Positions 28,000 to 37,868 of a stretch of 64,000 bases of DNA are shown here, piece after piece. The position numbers were made by a program, and so were the translations under genes. Source of the DNA: Thermoanaerobaculia bacterium (lineage in GTDB: Bacteria > Acidobacteriota > Thermoanaerobaculia > Multivoradales > Multivoraceae); contig OY761158.1 of the NCBI GenBank assembly GCA_963664405.1, positions 1,376,001 to 1,440,000 of the forward strand, in the 5' to 3' direction. The notes under the pieces are model-generated. The model was given only the letters and a program-made list of their open reading frames with translations. It made no database searches and was not told the DNA's origin. Numbering within the stretch: position 1 is the first letter of the stretch; the number at the start of each line of letters is the position of its first letter.

Positions 28000-29031
28000 C
28001 TAGGGCGAGGGAGCGGCACCAGGGGCACCCAGCTGCGGCATGTACTCCTCGAGCGCGGCCGCGAGCAAAGGAGTGAAGACGGCTCGTCCTTCGGCATTCA
28101 TGTGGTCGCCATGCGAGTAGTGCGACTGCTGCAATCGATCTTCGACCGAGAGATCCAGGAGCGGAAAGCCCTGGTCTTCGAGGTAGTTCCGTAGCGCCCG
28201 CATGTACACATCCAACTCGGCCACCTGGGCTCGGCGGCTCGGTTCGCTTCGCGGGGCCCTCTTCATACGCACAAATACCATCGGGATCTCGCTGGAGCGG
28301 GCCACCCGAATGATGTCCGGAAGGAACGTCAGGTGCAGCATCCGATCAAAATCGAACAAGCGGTCATCCATGACAAGGCCCGCCGCGCGATCTAGGACCG
28401 CAAGGTCCTTCTCGTCGCCATCGAAAGTCCTCGCGACGGCTTCGTCGGCCGACTCTGGCGGATGGCCAGAGACCAAGGCCGCCGTCTTCTTCAAGGACCG
28501 CTCGAAGAGATCCCGCAGCTCGCTACGCCGATCGACTAGAGACCAGTGGCGACCAAGGAAGACAAAGACTGGGCTGCGCGAGCTCTTGAGAACCCGGCCC
28601 GTGACCTGCTCGTCGCCCTCATCCAGCACAGCCTCGAGCTGCCGTACGGCCTGCGGCCCGACCAGAACGCTCCCCAAGGTGAGAAAGTTGTCACGAAACA
28701 GGAGCGCCACTAGTCCCGGGGGGGGCTCGGCCTCGGCCACGAAGTTCTTGAGTACTAGATACCACCAAGCACTGGCGGAGGCACCGGCCCACAATATCCC
28801 GGTGTTGCGACCGGTGAGACTCTCGAACTGCTCGAGGTCGACGCCCCAGCTCAGAATGGAGTCACCTAAGAGGATCACCTCCGCCGGATCCTGTTCCATC
28901 CGCCACGACCAGCCACCGGCGACCTCACTCTCATAGTCGAGGGGCTGGGTGATCTCCTCGATCACCGGAAGCGCCCACGTCGCCAGCCCGACCACGCCTA
29001 CAAATGTCGCCAGCTGTAGCGTGGCCCTCAC
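28000..29031 (-). CDS. SGNH-like (AlgJ/DltD-type) periplasmic partner of the MBOAT
   Basis: N-terminal anchor, LLGDS motif, C-terminal DHMN..G; directly downstream of the MBOAT gene. Confidence 0.7.
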   Translation of the reverse strand: MRATLQLATFVGVVGLATWALPVIEEITQPLDYESEVAGGWSWRMEQDPAEVILLGDSILSWGVDLEQFESLTGRNTGILWAGASASAWWYLVLKNFVAEAEPPPGLVALLFRDNFLTLGSVLVGPQAVRQLEAVLDEGDEQVTGRVLKSSRSPVFVFLGRHWSLVDRRSELRDLFERSLKKTAALVSGHPPESADEAVARTFDGDEKDLAVLDRAAGLVMDDRLFDFDRMLHLTFLPDIIRVARSSEIPMVFVRMKRAPRSEPSRRAQVAELDVYMRALRNYLEDQGFPLLDLSVEDRLQQSHYSHGDHMNAEGRAVFTPLLAAALEEYMPQLGAPGAAPSP

Positions 29032-29063
29032 CCCTTTTCCCTCCCGTCGCTCATCTTAGCCCC

Positions 29064-30455
29064 TCAGAACTGAAAGTAGATGAAGTCCTGTGCGCTCTCG
29101 CGAGCGAAAATAGCGAGAGCGACAACGGCTACCCCTACGAGTGTGGCACGAAGGACGCGATGCTTCTCAATGTCTAGCCGACCGAGCCAGTCCAGGACCA
29201 GGAGCGGAGAACTGTAGAAGAGAATCAGCAAGAGCAGGACCAAGAGCACCAGACTCGAGTCCGGCCCGATCTCCCAGCCAAAATTCCCAGACACACCAAC
29301 TAACCAGGCCAGACTTGGGGCCCGGAAGATGATCCAACCGATCACCGTTGCTGTGAACATGACGCACCACGCCACACCCCGTCGCAGAGGGCCCTCCGGC
29401 CTCCACTCAGCTCCGAGGCCGAGGCTCCGATAGGCGAAGAGAAGGAGCGCGTGAAAGACCCCCCAGATGACAAAGTTCCATGCCGCTCCGTGCCACAAAC
29501 CGCTCAGTCCCATGGTCAATAGGAGCACTCCGAACTGGCGATGAGCGCCACGAACTCGTGAGCCTCCCAGAGGTATGTAGAGGTAGTCCGTAATCCAGCT
29601 GGAAAACGAGATATGCCAACGGCGCCAGAAATCGGAGGGCGAGATGGCCGAATAGGGCGCACGGAAGTTCTCTGATAGGTGGAGCCCCAAGAGACGTGCG
29701 CTGCCACGGGCGATGTCGGTGTATCCGGAAAAATCGGCGTAGATCTGGATAGCGAAGGCAAAGCCTCCGACCATCAAGAGCGGGGCGGACGGCGCCTGCA
29801 AGGCGAAGATCTGATCTACGTAAGTGGCGACGTTGTCGGCGACCAAGAGCTTTTTCACATAGCCGCGAAGAATGAGTGGCCAAGCCGAGTGGAAAAACTC
29901 TGCCCTCCAGTGCCGCGGCGTCTCAATCTGAGGCAGAAGGTTCCGGGCGCGCTCGATGGGACCGGCCACAAGCTGGGGGAAGCAGGATACGAAGAGGGCG
30001 AAGGCCACAAAGCGACGGCGAGGCTCGAGGATCCCTCGGTAAACATCGATCGTGTAGCTCAACGACTGAAAGGTGTAGAACGAGATGCCCACGGGCAGGA
30101 ATATGCGCAGCTCGATTGGGCTGGTCGCGAATCCGAGAGCACCGAGGGCAGCCTCCCAGCTCTCGGCGAAGAAGCCGAAGTACTTGAATACGCCAAGCAT
30201 GCCCAGGTTCATGAGCACGCTCGCCACTAGCCACAGCTGCCTGCGTTGCGGATGGCTCCGCATCGCCAGGGCACACACGTAGTCCACCGAGGTCGAGACC
30301 GCGATCAGGATGCAGAACCAAGGGTGAACCCAACCGTAGAAGAGATAGCTAGCACCGAGCAGAAAGACGTTCCGAAGCTGGTTTTTCCTTATCAGCCAGA
30401 AACCGACAACGACAACCAGGAGGAAGATCAGATAGGTGAAGCTGGTGAAGATCAT
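29064..30455 (-). CDS. MBOAT O-acyltransferase (AlgI/DltB/PatA family)
   Basis: LPVGISFYTFQSLSY, FPQLVAGPIER, QIYADFSGYTD, FWRRWHIS, GLWHGA, FIYFQF. Confidence 0.93.
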   Translation of the reverse strand: MIFTSFTYLIFLLVVVVGFWLIRKNQLRNVFLLGASYLFYGWVHPWFCILIAVSTSVDYVCALAMRSHPQRRQLWLVASVLMNLGMLGVFKYFGFFAESWEAALGALGFATSPIELRIFLPVGISFYTFQSLSYTIDVYRGILEPRRRFVAFALFVSCFPQLVAGPIERARNLLPQIETPRHWRAEFFHSAWPLILRGYVKKLLVADNVATYVDQIFALQAPSAPLLMVGGFAFAIQIYADFSGYTDIARGSARLLGLHLSENFRAPYSAISPSDFWRRWHISFSSWITDYLYIPLGGSRVRGAHRQFGVLLLTMGLSGLWHGAAWNFVIWGVFHALLLFAYRSLGLGAEWRPEGPLRRGVAWCVMFTATVIGWIIFRAPSLAWLVGVSGNFGWEIGPDSSLVLLVLLLLILFYSSPLLVLDWLGRLDIEKHRVLRATLVGVAVVALAIFARESAQDFIYFQF

Positions 30456-30622
30456 CTCGGTTGGTACCAACTGACCGGGAGTCCCTTGCGCAAGCGCGAC
30501 GATCGTATCTGAGTCTGTAGCTGGTCGGACCTTCGCAGGTCCTGACGCCAGGGTATCCTCTGTCTCGCTTCTCAGGTCGCTCGCGAGAGTTTCGCCGCGA
30601 AGCCCTGTTGGCGAACCCCCGG

Positions 30623-33600
30623 ATGTCACTACCCTCCCTCGCCGTCAATCGACCGGTGCTCGCGAACCTGATGATGATCTTGATCGTCATCGGTGGTCTC
30701 CTGAGCTACCGAAACATGGGGCAGGAGATCTTTCCCCAGATCTCCACCGAGATGGTCACAGTGTCGACCTTCATGCAGGGGGCCTCACCGAAAGAGATTG
30801 AACAACTCCTCACCATCCCTCTCGAAGAGGAGATCTCGAAGATCGACCAGATCGACAACATCACCTCGACCTCGGCCGAGAACTTCTCGACCATCGTGAT
30901 CCAGTTCGACGTCGGTATCGACAACATCTTCGAGAAAGTGACCGAGATCCAGAATCAGATCGAGAAAGTAGAGCGCTTCCCCGCGGAAGCCGAAGCGCCG
31001 GAGGTGCGAGAGCAGAAGCCCAGCTTCGAGACCATCACGATGGCCGTGGTCGGCAAGGCGCCGGAGAAAGAGGTGAGGGAGTTCGTCATCGACTTCGAGA
31101 GCGCACTGAAGGCCATCGCCGGAGTCGCCGAGGTCGATGTCAGCGGGCTGCGCGAGCGAGAAATATGGATCGAGGCCGACCCCTACCGCCTGCAGAGCTA
31201 CGGCCTCTCATTGCAACATGTGGCGGAGAGCTTGGGCCGCCGCAACCTCAACCTTCCGGGAGGTTTGATCCGATTCGATCGCGGCGAGCTCTCGGTTCGA
31301 ACCGAAGCCGAGTTTCGCGACCTCGATGAGATTCTGGGCACGATCCTGCGTCAGGACGACAGCGGAGGCTTCGTCTATCTGAGGGATGTCGCCACCGTTC
31401 GCGACACCTTCGCTGAACGAATGACTCTGGCCCGGCTCGACGGCGACCCTTCGATCAACATCAACATCAATAAGGACACCACGTCCAGCGCCATCGAGAT
31501 CGTCGCTGATGTAAAGGAGGCGATATCCGTCTTCGAGGCCCGTCTGCCCGCCGGAGCTGAGATCCGAGTCGTCAACGACAGCTCGATCGACATCTCGAAT
31601 CGCCTGCGCGCACTGTTTCAGAACTTCTCGGTCGGTCTGCTTCTCGTCGCCCTGTCCTTTACTCTCGCAATCGGCTGGAGAGCAGCCCTCATCATCAGCG
31701 CCGGCATTCCGGTGGCTTTCCTCGGTGCCTTCATCTTTCTCAACGCCTACGGGTTCACTATGAATCAGCTGGTGATCACCGCCATGATCATTGTCCTCGG
31801 CCTCATCGTCGACGACGCCATCGTGGTGTGCGAGAACATCTACCGCCACCTGGAGGCAGGCATGCCGCTCCGCCGAGCTGCAGTTTTCGGCGCAGAGCAG
31901 ATTATGGGGCCGATCGTGGCAACCGTCCTCACTTCGGTGGCCGCGTTTCTTCCGCTCCTAATGATGACCGGCACGATCGGCAAGTTCATGCACCCGATCC
32001 CAATCGTCGTCTGTCTGGCCCTCCTCGCATCACTCTTCGAAGCCTTCTTCATCCTCCCCGCTCATGCCTACGAATGGACCGGTGCTCTGGGCCGGCGGGC
32101 TCAGCCCCAGCCGAAAGTTTGGATCGTCGCGCTCACCAGCCTCTACGCCAGGCTCATCGAGAAGGCGCTTCGCCGGCGCTACTGGGGCGTGCTCAGCCTC
32201 CTTCTGGTCGCTGCCGCCGCCGCTGCTCTGGCCACACGAATGGACTTCATCTTGTTTGGAGGATCGGACCTACGTTCATTCAGCGTGGCAATGGAAGGCC
32301 GAACAAGCGCCTCCTTCGGAGAGACGGATCGCATCCTCACCGAGATAGAGACGGCGATGATGAAACTGAAGGAGAGGACACCTGATATCGAGAGTGTGCG
32401 TACCCGAGGTGGATCCCTGCGACGCGGCTACACCTCGGTGAACGGGACGCACGTCGGGGAGGTTACGGTCGACCTCCTCGATCTCGCGTCTCGGGAACGG
32501 AGCGGACACGACGTGCTGGCGGAAGCGCGCAAGCACCTGGGGGATGTCGCCGGAGCTCGTGTTCTCGGATTCGAGGCGAACCTGGAGGTGCCGGGCGTGG
32601 GCCGCGCCGTCAACGTCCGTGCCAAGGGACCGGGCTTCGAGACTCTGGTTGTAATCGCCGAAGAGGTGAAGAGCTACCTCCGCACCCTCGAAGGAGTTGT
32701 CGACATCGCCGATGACTTTCCTCCGGGCAAGGACGAGGTGCGGCCGGTCCTCGATTTACACGAAGTCGCCGCGGTCGGTCTGGACGTCCGCCAGATCGCC
32801 GCCGAGATACGCGGTGGCTTCGAGGGCATCGAAGCGACGCGCATCTACGACGGCGACGAGGAAGTCGAAGTCATGGTCAAGTACCACCAGAGCTCTCGCC
32901 GAAGTATCGCCAACCTTGCCGAGATGAAGTTCGCTAGCCCCACGGGCATGATTCCGTTCTCCAACTTGGGCACCCTGGCGAGACAGCCCGGCTACAATCG
33001 GATCGCCCACCACGACTCTCAACGCGTCATCAACATCACCGCCTCCGTAAAAGAAGGGGTTGTGACTTCGCAACGGGCCAACCAGCTGCTGATCGATCAC
33101 TTCCTTACCCTCCCCGATCGCTTTCCAGGCTACTCGCTCGAGTTCGGAGGGGAGTTCGAGGAGACTCAGGAATCGATCGCCTCTCTCTTTCGCGCATTCT
33201 TCTTTGCAGTGATCGTGATCTACGTCATCCTCGGCGGACTGTTTCAGTCGTTCGTGCAGCCGCTGGTGGTGATGGTCTCTGTGCCTTTCGCTTTCATCGG
33301 TGTCATCGTCGGCCTCGTCATTCTCGACCTACCTCTGAGCACGGCCTCGCTCATCGGCGTCATTGCGTTGACCGGGATCGTGGTCAACGACTCCCTCATC
33401 TACATCGACTTCATCAATCGCCGCCGCGCCGAGGGCTTCGATGCCGACCAGTCGATTCTCAGCGCCGGCGCTGCCCGGCTACGCCCGATCATCCTCACTT
33501 CGGTGACCACCGTAGCCGGCCTTCTGCCGATGACCCTAGGCCTCTTCGGCGTCGATGAGACGCTGAGGCCAATGGCAGTCAGTATCGCCTGTGGCCTCTC

Positions 33601-33751
33601 CTTCGCGACTCTGCTCACTCTCTTCGTCGTCCCCTGCGTATACCGCATCGTCGACGACCTGAGCCTTAGACTTCGGGGCTACCCGCTGTCGGTCTCCAAG
33701 CCCGTCGAAGAGGATACGCCGCCCCACCTCGCCCCCGAAGGCACCCGCTAG
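30623..33751 (+). CDS. AcrB/AcrD/AcrF-family RND efflux permease
   Basis: About 1040 aa; GLIVDDAIVVCENI, GIVVNDS, RLRPIILTSVTT. Confidence 0.93.
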   Translation: MSLPSLAVNRPVLANLMMILIVIGGLLSYRNMGQEIFPQISTEMVTVSTFMQGASPKEIEQLLTIPLEEEISKIDQIDNITSTSAENFSTIVIQFDVGIDNIFEKVTEIQNQIEKVERFPAEAEAPEVREQKPSFETITMAVVGKAPEKEVREFVIDFESALKAIAGVAEVDVSGLREREIWIEADPYRLQSYGLSLQHVAESLGRRNLNLPGGLIRFDRGELSVRTEAEFRDLDEILGTILRQDDSGGFVYLRDVATVRDTFAERMTLARLDGDPSINININKDTTSSAIEIVADVKEAISVFEARLPAGAEIRVVNDSSIDISNRLRALFQNFSVGLLLVALSFTLAIGWRAALIISAGIPVAFLGAFIFLNAYGFTMNQLVITAMIIVLGLIVDDAIVVCENIYRHLEAGMPLRRAAVFGAEQIMGPIVATVLTSVAAFLPLLMMTGTIGKFMHPIPIVVCLALLASLFEAFFILPAHAYEWTGALGRRAQPQPKVWIVALTSLYARLIEKALRRRYWGVLSLLLVAAAAAALATRMDFILFGGSDLRSFSVAMEGRTSASFGETDRILTEIETAMMKLKERTPDIESVRTRGGSLRRGYTSVNGTHVGEVTVDLLDLASRERSGHDVLAEARKHLGDVAGARVLGFEANLEVPGVGRAVNVRAKGPGFETLVVIAEEVKSYLRTLEGVVDIADDFPPGKDEVRPVLDLHEVAAVGLDVRQIAAEIRGGFEGIEATRIYDGDEEVEVMVKYHQSSRRSIANLAEMKFASPTGMIPFSNLGTLARQPGYNRIAHHDSQRVINITASVKEGVVTSQRANQLLIDHFLTLPDRFPGYSLEFGGEFEETQESIASLFRAFFFAVIVIYVILGGLFQSFVQPLVVMVSVPFAFIGVIVGLVILDLPLSTASLIGVIALTGIVVNDSLIYIDFINRRRAEGFDADQSILSAGAARLRPIILTSVTTVAGLLPMTLGLFGVDETLRPMAVSIACGLSFATLLTLFVVPCVYRIVDDLSLRLRGYPLSVSKPVEEDTPPHLAPEGTR

Positions 33752-33755
33752 AACA

Positions 33756-36326
33756 CTAGTCGCCGATCCAGAACGGGCTCGACCAAGCCTGCCCGCCGTC
33801 TAACTGGGTGAGGCGCACATAGTAGTAGTCGCCGCTCTCGGGGTCCTCCATGTCGGTGAACTGAAGCTCGCGGTCCATCGATGCCTCGGGGTCGACAAGT
33901 TGGATACGAACCCGATCGGTGTGGAGGTCGACTTGCATCTTGTGCTCGAAGCGACCGTCCTCGAGGTCCGCTAACGACATCCGAAGCTCCTCTGCAGGGA
34001 GCTCGGCGGGCTGTCTGACCATGACTGGAGCGAACCCATACTCCTGAGTCGGCTCGAGATGGAGATCCACGGTGGTCGTAGCGGTGGCACCTTCAAGCTC
34101 GATCAACAAGGTGTCGCGGCGGCCCCGTGTCTCGGCGTGAAAGAGCACACGGCCCTCATTCTCGCTGTCGAGGGAGGCACTCTCGAGATAGGCATTGTCG
34201 AGACCGACCGGGAGCACCTGCAGTACTCGAGCGCCTTTGACGTCGAGAAAACCCTCCCAGACGCGATAGGGGCGGGGGTTGTCGCGGCCCTCGAAGACCT
34301 CAGAAGACGACTCGAAACCGATCTGCAACCAGGTGTGAGATTGCAGCGTCGCATCGAGGTAGTGGCGGCTCAAGATCACCTCACCGTTCTTGACAATGTC
34401 GATGTGGTCGATCGGCGACGTCCCCATCGCACGGACTTCGATCTCTCTGGTCTCGCTGAAGGACTGTCTGGTTCCCATCGCTTCACCATTCACGCGTACG
34501 TCGAGAACGATACGGGGGCCCGAGGTTGCGTAAGCGCTGAGATCGCGCAGCCCATCGAAGATCGCATCGGTCGTCTTCTCAGGCGCTAGCACCGCGGCGA
34601 GCCCTCCCCACTGGGCCAGCGGTGCACGCCTCAGCCCGTGGGCGTAGCCCGGACGCGATCTGTGGTCGTCGGAGGCGGCAATGAATCCGATCTCAAAGCC
34701 ATTCTGGAGGTAGAGGTTGCCAAACCACTCGAAGCTGCCGTGCATCGAGTAGATCTCGACCAAGCGCTCGAGCTCGGGATCGCTCTGGGTCCAGTCGCCC
34801 GCCTGATGCGCGTGCGGAATGATCAGTACTTCTTCAGGTCGCACTCGCTGGTGCAAGCCGCGGTAGAGCTCCTGAAGCATCGGGGCTACCTGCCCCCCGA
34901 CTCGATCCTTGTCGGGAGTGCGGAAAAAGACATTGTGGTGCCCCCCGAGCTGTCGTGGGCTCGACCACTCGTAGCCCAGAAAGGCCACGAACTCCCCTTC
35001 TTCGGTGGTCTCCCGCGCAAGACGCTGCATCTCTTGCCATTCGTAGTCGTCGAGCCAGCTGTCATGCTCCGAGATACCCGCGAAGTCGAGACGCGCGTCG
35101 TAGCGAGCAAAGACGTAGAACTGCCCTGCGGAGCCCTGGCCCTCTGCCATGCCTGTGTGTCCGTGAGTCTCTCCCCAATACACTCGTGAAGAGGGATTCT
35201 CTTGCACCCACACCGGGTTACTCAACGTAGAGAGCGAGTCGTCCTCGGAGACGACCTCGTAGCGGTAGACCCCGGGCTGCTCGAGGCTGAGGTTCTCGAG
35301 GTTGGTCAAAGCATCGCCGCCGGCCGCCACCACCGCCACTTCTTCTCCCGCCAACAGCACGCGATATCCCGGAAGCGAGCCGGTGGCCCTGTTGTAGAGC
35401 CCATCCTCACTGCGAATGCGAAGGACGAAACTCTCCCCAACCGCGACCACCGACGGCGCGATAGCACTGACCGCCCGCACCTCGTTGCCTTCGACCGTTA
35501 CTGCCGGCCAACGAGGCGTCAGGAAAACTCCGTTCGCCTCCAGGTCGAGATAGAGAGGCAAGAGCAGCTGATCGCTAGAGAAGGTCTGTAGACCGAAGCC
35601 ACGAGAGCCTCCCGAGCGATCTCCGTAGATAACGGTGAACGAGTCGCCGGGCCCTAGGCTCGCGCCGCGCAGACGAAACGCCGGCATCGGTTCGGCGCCA
35701 CGAAAGCCACCATGCATTCCGGCCAGCGGAGACTCGATCCTCTCCCAGGTGGCGTCGGCGCCCGAGGAGCGAATGGAGACGTAGTGATCGGCGGCAGAGT
35801 CGGTGTTCTGATAGAGGCCCTGGTCCGACATCAATTGGCGACCCAGCATTACCACCCCTCCGTCGGCCATTGGCATCGAGCCGACGACGTACGTCTGCTC
35901 GAGAGTGACGAAAGAGCCGGCGGCCAGGGGTCCGGAAGGAGCGATCTCCAACTCGCCGATCGCGTCAGGGCGTTCATCCTTGATCTGGAGCTCGTAAAGG
36001 TAGTTATCGACAGATCTCAGCAGAGAGCCGCCGTAAGCTGTCGGCCCTGTCCCTCCATTCGTTTGCTCGGCGCGGGATGCCCGGGCAACGCTGGTCTTGG
36101 CGGTGGTCAAATTGACCGGCAGAACGCCACCACTCAAGGCGTAGGCATTGCCCCAGTCCCACAAGATCTGCGCCCGCTCGGAGACTGTCTCCTCACTCGT
36201 GGCCGATACGGCCATCTCCTTTTTCAACTGCTCTACACGAGAGCGCAGGTCGGCGCTCATATAGTCGCCGCCGCCGCAGCCAAGCGCGAGAAGAGCCAGC
36301 GAAGTAGACAGAGTGGCCTTGCCCAT
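33756..36326 (-). CDS. DUF3604/PHP-like metal-dependent hydrolase lipoprotein
   Basis: Lipobox LALGC; WGETHGHT, SEHD, GYEWS, GHHNV, PHAH, ASDDH, YATSG, AWSSPFW. Confidence 0.75.
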   Translation of the reverse strand: MGKATLSTSLALLALGCGGGDYMSADLRSRVEQLKKEMAVSATSEETVSERAQILWDWGNAYALSGGVLPVNLTTAKTSVARASRAEQTNGGTGPTAYGGSLLRSVDNYLYELQIKDERPDAIGELEIAPSGPLAAGSFVTLEQTYVVGSMPMADGGVVMLGRQLMSDQGLYQNTDSAADHYVSIRSSGADATWERIESPLAGMHGGFRGAEPMPAFRLRGASLGPGDSFTVIYGDRSGGSRGFGLQTFSSDQLLLPLYLDLEANGVFLTPRWPAVTVEGNEVRAVSAIAPSVVAVGESFVLRIRSEDGLYNRATGSLPGYRVLLAGEEVAVVAAGGDALTNLENLSLEQPGVYRYEVVSEDDSLSTLSNPVWVQENPSSRVYWGETHGHTGMAEGQGSAGQFYVFARYDARLDFAGISEHDSWLDDYEWQEMQRLARETTEEGEFVAFLGYEWSSPRQLGGHHNVFFRTPDKDRVGGQVAPMLQELYRGLHQRVRPEEVLIIPHAHQAGDWTQSDPELERLVEIYSMHGSFEWFGNLYLQNGFEIGFIAASDDHRSRPGYAHGLRRAPLAQWGGLAAVLAPEKTTDAIFDGLRDLSAYATSGPRIVLDVRVNGEAMGTRQSFSETREIEVRAMGTSPIDHIDIVKNGEVILSRHYLDATLQSHTWLQIGFESSSEVFEGRDNPRPYRVWEGFLDVKGARVLQVLPVGLDNAYLESASLDSENEGRVLFHAETRGRRDTLLIELEGATATTTVDLHLEPTQEYGFAPVMVRQPAELPAEELRMSLADLEDGRFEHKMQVDLHTDRVRIQLVDPEASMDRELQFTDMEDPESGDYYYVRLTQLDGGQAWSSPFWIGD

Positions 36327-36458
36327 ACTTCTTCCTCCTTACAACTGCAGCCTTGCCCGGGAGAGCCTGCGCACTATACCGCTGGAGGGACAGTGACGCG
36401 AGAGCAGCGATAGAGGAGGCGCCGAAGCTCCCCGCGACAGAGCCGGCCGCGGGGCTGC

Positions 36459-37868
36459 CTAGGGTTTCAGGTTGTTACGCTCGAGACCCTGCTCGGCCTC
36501 GAGATCGATCTGAATGACAGAGACGTTGTCGCTGAGAAGATAAGAGTCGAGAGTCCCGGATTCACTGGCATTCTCGAGCACGATGCCGGCGGTTCGCACA
36601 TCCTCCGCCAGCACATTTCGAATGCGCAGCGCTCGAAAATGCTCGTCGGACACAATCCGGTAGCGGACCCCATACTCGGGTTTCTTCGCACCTCGGAAGA
36701 CGACGTTGTCGATCAACAAGTCGCTGGTGTCCTGCACCAGCATCGATGCTCCGCTGTGGTTGGCGTCGACGAAGGAGACGTTGCGCACCGTGACGTTGGT
36801 GCTGTTTTCGACAAAGAGGCACGGCTCGCCGGGGCACCCGTAGATGCGGACGTTCTCAATCACGACATCCGCAGTGTTTCGAACATGAATCGGCCGCCAG
36901 TCATTGACCAAACTCCGATTACTTGAGGTACCTCGTCGTGGCGGCTGCTGGCCGGCAGCAGGCCGCCCCGCAGGAGTCCGCGGCGTCGAGGTTGCGCGAT
37001 TCAGATCTCCCGATCGCTGCCCTCCTTCGCGTACGCCTTCGACGCTCACATTTCGAATCGTGAGGCCGTGGTGGCCGAAGTCACTGTTAGCGGTGCGGAT
37101 CGCGACTTCGCAGTCCTTGACGTGAACGCCATCGATGGTGATGTGGCGATTGACCTGGCCGGGCCTATTGTGGTCTTGCACATCGACGCCATAGGCACAC
37201 GACTCGGCATAGATATCTCGCACCGTAATGTACTCCGAGCCGTTGGAGACTTCGACCGGGCCGCGCAGGGCGGAATCGTAGGCACGGATGTTCTCGACGA
37301 CCAGGTGACGAACGAAGAGCCCCTCCTCTCCTGCACCGCTGATCGAAACGGCGTCGCGAATCGTATTGCGGGCCGTGAGATTACGAACGACTCCGTGCTC
37401 GATATCTCCGTACTCGGCGAGAGGCGAGATCATGATGCCGTCTTTGGTGCTGTTGTTGGTCTCGCCGTTCTCGATCACGAACCGCCCCCGGCGCACCACC
37501 ACGAGGGCGGCCCGCCGATCTTGACCGACAGTGTCGTTGTTGCCTTCGAGCACGAAGTCGCGAAGGTGCACCCCTTCTGATAGCACTTCCAGAATGGGTG
37601 TCCGACCAAGCCCGGGCTGCAGACGGGCATTGAGGCCGACCAAAGTCAAAGGTTTGGTAATGCGGACGGTCGAAGTGATCTCGATCTGCGAGGCATGATC
37701 GACGATCACAGTGGAATGTGGCGGAGCTTGATCTACCGCCTGCTGCAAGCTGGACGCATCACGGTAGCTGACGGCATGGCTGATAGCGGGCATCGCATAT
37801 CCAATCAGTAACGCCACAAGGAAGCCTTGAAGGAGTTTGTGAATCGACACCACTGAACCTCCGATCAT
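36459..37868 (-). CDS. Secreted right-handed beta-helix (pectate-lyase-like) protein
   Basis: Signal peptide, LQQAVD N-cap, repeated V/I-x-N-V/I beta-helix pattern. Confidence 0.75.
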   Translation of the reverse strand: MIGGSVVSIHKLLQGFLVALLIGYAMPAISHAVSYRDASSLQQAVDQAPPHSTVIVDHASQIEITSTVRITKPLTLVGLNARLQPGLGRTPILEVLSEGVHLRDFVLEGNNDTVGQDRRAALVVVRRGRFVIENGETNNSTKDGIMISPLAEYGDIEHGVVRNLTARNTIRDAVSISGAGEEGLFVRHLVVENIRAYDSALRGPVEVSNGSEYITVRDIYAESCAYGVDVQDHNRPGQVNRHITIDGVHVKDCEVAIRTANSDFGHHGLTIRNVSVEGVREGGQRSGDLNRATSTPRTPAGRPAAGQQPPRRGTSSNRSLVNDWRPIHVRNTADVVIENVRIYGCPGEPCLFVENSTNVTVRNVSFVDANHSGASMLVQDTSDLLIDNVVFRGAKKPEYGVRYRIVSDEHFRALRIRNVLAEDVRTAGIVLENASESGTLDSYLLSDNVSVIQIDLEAEQGLERNNLKP

